Positions 31,132 through 33,728 of a stretch of DNA of 33,728 nucleotides are shown in pieces. Both the position numbers and the translations under genes were made by a program. Location: positions 1 through 33,728 of the forward strand of contig JBKOYW010000411.1 in assembly GCA_046744275.1 (NCBI GenBank). Direction: 5' to 3'. The notes below the pieces were generated by a model. The model was given only the letters and a program-made list of their open reading frames with translations, was not told the DNA's origin and made no database searches. The stretch comes from Actinomycetota bacterium. Its GTDB lineage: Bacteria > Actinomycetota > Thermoleophilia > Solirubrobacterales > Solirubrobacteraceae. The stretch's first letter is position 1. Each line of letters starts with the position of its first letter.

Positions 31132-32781
31132 ATGAGCGTCGGCGTACACCTTCGCGTCGCGCGGGATGCCGGGCGCCCGCGCTCGGTGTTCTCCGCGCAT
31201 TCGGTCCGCTATGTCGGCGGCGTAGCCCTGGTCGCGGTCGGCTACGACGTCTTCGCGCAGGGCGGCGAGGCGTTGCTGCTCACGGGTCCCGCGGGGGCAT
31301 TCTGGCCGGCCACCGGCCTGGGGATCGCGGTGCTCTACCTCGGCGGCCTCCGCTGGTGGCCCGGCGTCGTGCTCGGGGATCTGCTCTCGCGCGAGTGGAC
31401 GCTGCTGCCCATCGGCACCGCGCTCGCGGAATCCGCGGGCAACATCGCGAGGGCGCTCGTGGCGGTGATCATCCTTCGGTGGCTGGTCGGCTCGCGGGCC
31501 GCGATGGACCGACTTGCCCACGTCGGCGCCGTTCTGGTGGCGGTCGGGACCGGGGAGGCGATCAGCGCGAGCGTCGCGATGCTCGCCCTCCTGGCCGGCG
31601 GGGTCATCGACGGCTCGGAGATGAGCGTGTTCTGGCGCAGCTGGTGGCTGGGAGGCGTCGCGGGCGGATTGGTCGTCGTCCCCCTTGCGCTTGCGTGGGC
31701 GCAGCCGCCCGCGCCGGTGTGGCGCGGCCGCGGCGCGTTGGAGGGCGCGCTGATGATCGGTGCCGTCGCCGCGCTGAGCGCGGTCGCGCTCTCCGCGCAG
31801 GAGCCGCTGACCTACCTGGTGTTCCCGGCGTTGATCTGGGCGGCCCTGCGCTTCGGCCCGCAGGGCGCGACGCTCGCGGTCGCGGTGGCGGTCGCGGCGG
31901 CCGTGTGGGCGACATCGAACGCGCTCGGGCCGTTCGTCGAGCTGGCACCGAGTGAGAGCGCGCTCAACGTTCAGCTCTACATCATCTTCGCGGCCCTGAC
32001 GACGCTGTGCCTGGCGGCGATCGTCACCGAGCGCCGGCGCGCGGCGCAGGAGCTGTCGGAATCTCGCGCGCGCATCGCCGCGGCGCGCGAGCGGGAGCGC
32101 CGCCGGCTCGAGGGCGAGCTCCACGACAGCGCGCAGAACCGCATCTTCGCGCTGCGGGTCGGGCTGCACCTTGCGCAGGAACGGAGCGGGAAGACGGCGC
32201 CCGAGCTGGCCGCGGCCCTCGGGGAGCTCGTCGACGAGGCCGAAGCCGTCGGCGACGACCTGCGCCGCATCGCGCACGGGCTGTCGCCGCCGATGCTCTC
32301 GACGCACGGACTCGCCGCCGCCCTGAGAGTCGAGGGCGCGCACAGCGCCATCCCGGTGAACGTCGTGGCCGGCGAGATCGGGTTGAGCGCGCCCCACATC
32401 GAGCGGGCGGTGTATCTGTGCTGCCTCGAGTCGATCCAGAACGCGGCGAAGCACGCCGGCGCCGACGCGACGGTCACGGTGCGGCTGCGGCGCGACGAGG
32501 ACGAGCTGCTGTTCAGCGTCGAGGACACCGGCTGCGGCTTCGACCCGCGTACGACGACGCCGGGAGCAGGCCTGGCCAGCGTCCACGACCGCGTCGACAC
32601 CGTCGGAGGGCGCGTCGACGTCCTGTCGGCGCCAGGCCGCGGGACGACCGTCTCCGGCGCGGTTCCGTGGCCGTCGCGCTCGGCGTCGACACCACCCGAT
32701 CGGGATGACCTCGACGAGCCGAGCGTGCGTGATCGTCGGCCGCATGAGCACGCCATTCCGCGGGAAGATCAACCTCGATGA
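31132..32781 (+). CDS. Sensor histidine kinase: MASE1 membrane domain + HisKA_3 + HATPase_c
   Basis: 549 aa. The N-terminal 8-TM region with FWPATGLGIAVLYLGGLRWWPGV is MASE1-like. H-box is LEGELHDSAQNRI. ATPase blocks are ESIQNAAKHA and DTGCGFD. Its 3' end overlaps the sulfatase start by 38 nt. Confidence 0.86.
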   Translation: MSVGVHLRVARDAGRPRSVFSAHSVRYVGGVALVAVGYDVFAQGGEALLLTGPAGAFWPATGLGIAVLYLGGLRWWPGVVLGDLLSREWTLLPIGTALAESAGNIARALVAVIILRWLVGSRAAMDRLAHVGAVLVAVGTGEAISASVAMLALLAGGVIDGSEMSVFWRSWWLGGVAGGLVVVPLALAWAQPPAPVWRGRGALEGALMIGAVAALSAVALSAQEPLTYLVFPALIWAALRFGPQGATLAVAVAVAAAVWATSNALGPFVELAPSESALNVQLYIIFAALTTLCLAAIVTERRRAAQELSESRARIAAARERERRRLEGELHDSAQNRIFALRVGLHLAQERSGKTAPELAAALGELVDEAEAVGDDLRRIAHGLSPPMLSTHGLAAALRVEGAHSAIPVNVVAGEIGLSAPHIERAVYLCCLESIQNAAKHAGADATVTVRLRRDEDELLFSVEDTGCGFDPRTTTPGAGLASVHDRVDTVGGRVDVLSAPGRGTTVSGAVPWPSRSASTPPDRDDLDEPSVRDRRPHEHAIPREDQPR

Positions 32782-33728
32782 TCGCGACTCGACTCCCGAC
32801 TGGGAGCCGTACCTTCAGCCGGTAGCTCCTGCGGGGGCGCCGAGCGTCCTCTACATCGTGCTCGACGACGTCGGCTACTCGGCGATGGAGCCGTGGGGCG
32901 GTCTGATCGAGACGCCGAACATCAACCGGCTCGCCGAGCGCGGGCTGACGTACACGAACTGGCACACGACGGCGCTGTGCTCGCCGACGCGCTCGTCGCT
33001 GCTGACCGGACGCAATCACACGACGAACGGCATGGCCTGCATCGCCGAGGCGACGACCGGCTTCCCGAACTCGAACGGCCACATCCCGTTCGAGTGCGCC
33101 ACGATCGCCGAGGTGCTCGGCGAGCGAGGCTGGAACACGTACATGCTCGGCAAGTGGCACCTCTGCCCGTCCGACGAGACGAACCTGGCCTCGACGAAGC
33201 GCAACTGGCCGATCGGGCGCGGCTTCGAGCGCTACTACGGGTTCCTCGGCGGCGAGACGAACCAGTGGTATCCCGACCTCGTCTACGACAACCACCCCGT
33301 CGATCAGCCGGCGACACCCGAGGAGGGCTACCACCTCACGACCGACCTGACGGACAAGGCGATCGAGTTCATCAAGGACGCGAAGGTCATCGCTCCCGAC
33401 AAGCCGTTCTTCATGTACTTCTGCCCCGGCGCCACGCATGCGCCGCATCACGCGCCGAGGGAGTGGATCGACAAGTACAAGGGCCGCTTCGACATGGGCT
33501 ACGAGGCGTACCGCGAGCTCGTGTTCGAGCGGCAGAAGAAGCTCGGGATCTTCCCCGAAGACGCGGAGCTGACGCCGCTCAACCCGTACGTCGACGAGAT
33601 GAGCGTCGACGGCAAGCCGTGGAACGCCGTCGACGTCGTCCGACCGTGGGAGTCCCTATCCGAGGACGAGAAGAAGCTCTTCAGCCGTATGGCCGAGGTC
33701 TACGCAGGCTTCCTCTCCCACACCGACC
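32744..33728 (+). CDS. Arylsulfatase (Cys-type, formylglycine-dependent), 3'-truncated by the window edge
   Basis: Not in the ORF track because it has no stop. My translation from ATG 32744 is MSTPFRGKINLDD...LYIVLDDVGYS...HTTALCSPTRSSLLTGRNHH-like...GKWHL...YFCPGATHAPHH. The CSPTR motif is the sulfatase CxPxR signature. Confidence 0.9.
   Translation, partial: MSTPFRGKINLDDRDSTPDWEPYLQPVAPAGAPSVLYIVLDDVGYSAMEPWGGLIETPNINRLAERGLTYTNWHTTALCSPTRSSLLTGRNHTTNGMACIAEATTGFPNSNGHIPFECATIAEVLGERGWNTYMLGKWHLCPSDETNLASTKRNWPIGRGFERYYGFLGGETNQWYPDLVYDNHPVDQPATPEEGYHLTTDLTDKAIEFIKDAKVIAPDKPFFMYFCPGATHAPHHAPREWIDKYKGRFDMGYEAYRELVFERQKKLGIFPEDAELTPLNPYVDEMSVDGKPWNAVDVVRPWESLSEDEKKLFSRMAEVYAGFLSHTD

Noticed and set aside
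1-33728. A scan for CRISPR arrays, tRNA or rRNA genes, IS elements or transposases, integrases, phage or defence-system genes, and long tandem repeats.
   Set aside because: I saw no regularly spaced direct repeats, no tRNA-like T-arm (GGTTCGAATCC-type) outside coding context, and no transposase, integrase or nuclease-like translations. The only notable DNA-level repeat is the paralogous 98-nt segment reported above.

Overview
Very GC-rich, gene-dense chromosomal DNA. Third codon positions are almost all G/C, which explains the many long spurious off-frame ORFs in the track. Gene content looks actinobacterial; this is my impression, not a search result. I support 36 protein-coding genes. I found no rRNA, tRNA, CRISPR array, transposase, integrase or phage gene. 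The content is dominated by respiration, pH and stress functions. These include two separate cytochrome bd oxidase operons (cydAB at 1723-4318 and 22004-24462), a glutamate decarboxylase cluster (6229-9154), and three dispersed paralogs of a small 4-TM membrane protein (8345-8794, 14334-14765, 29065-29451). Also present are a cation/proton antiporter, AI-2E and MFS transporters, a MalT/LuxR-type regulator, and a MASE1 histidine kinase with two response regulators. A 3'-truncated Cys-type arylsulfatase runs off the right edge. The most unusual structure is a six-gene block, zwf / GH15 glycosidase / GMC flavoenzyme / NDH-2 / cydA / cydB (15771-24462). Every junction in it is a 4-nt ATGA or GTGA stop/start overlap. 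It reads like a self-contained sugar-to-oxygen respiratory module. Secondary candidates are a 6-TM protein translationally coupled to glutamate decarboxylase with no GadC-type antiporter present, and a minus-strand operon of unknown function (zinc-ribbon protein, DUF6325-like, SHOCT; 13097-14251). That operon carries an in-frame amber codon and an apparent frameshift. All family names come from reading the translations and from memory, so they need confirmation by HMM or BLAST. The first 238 nt are unassigned.
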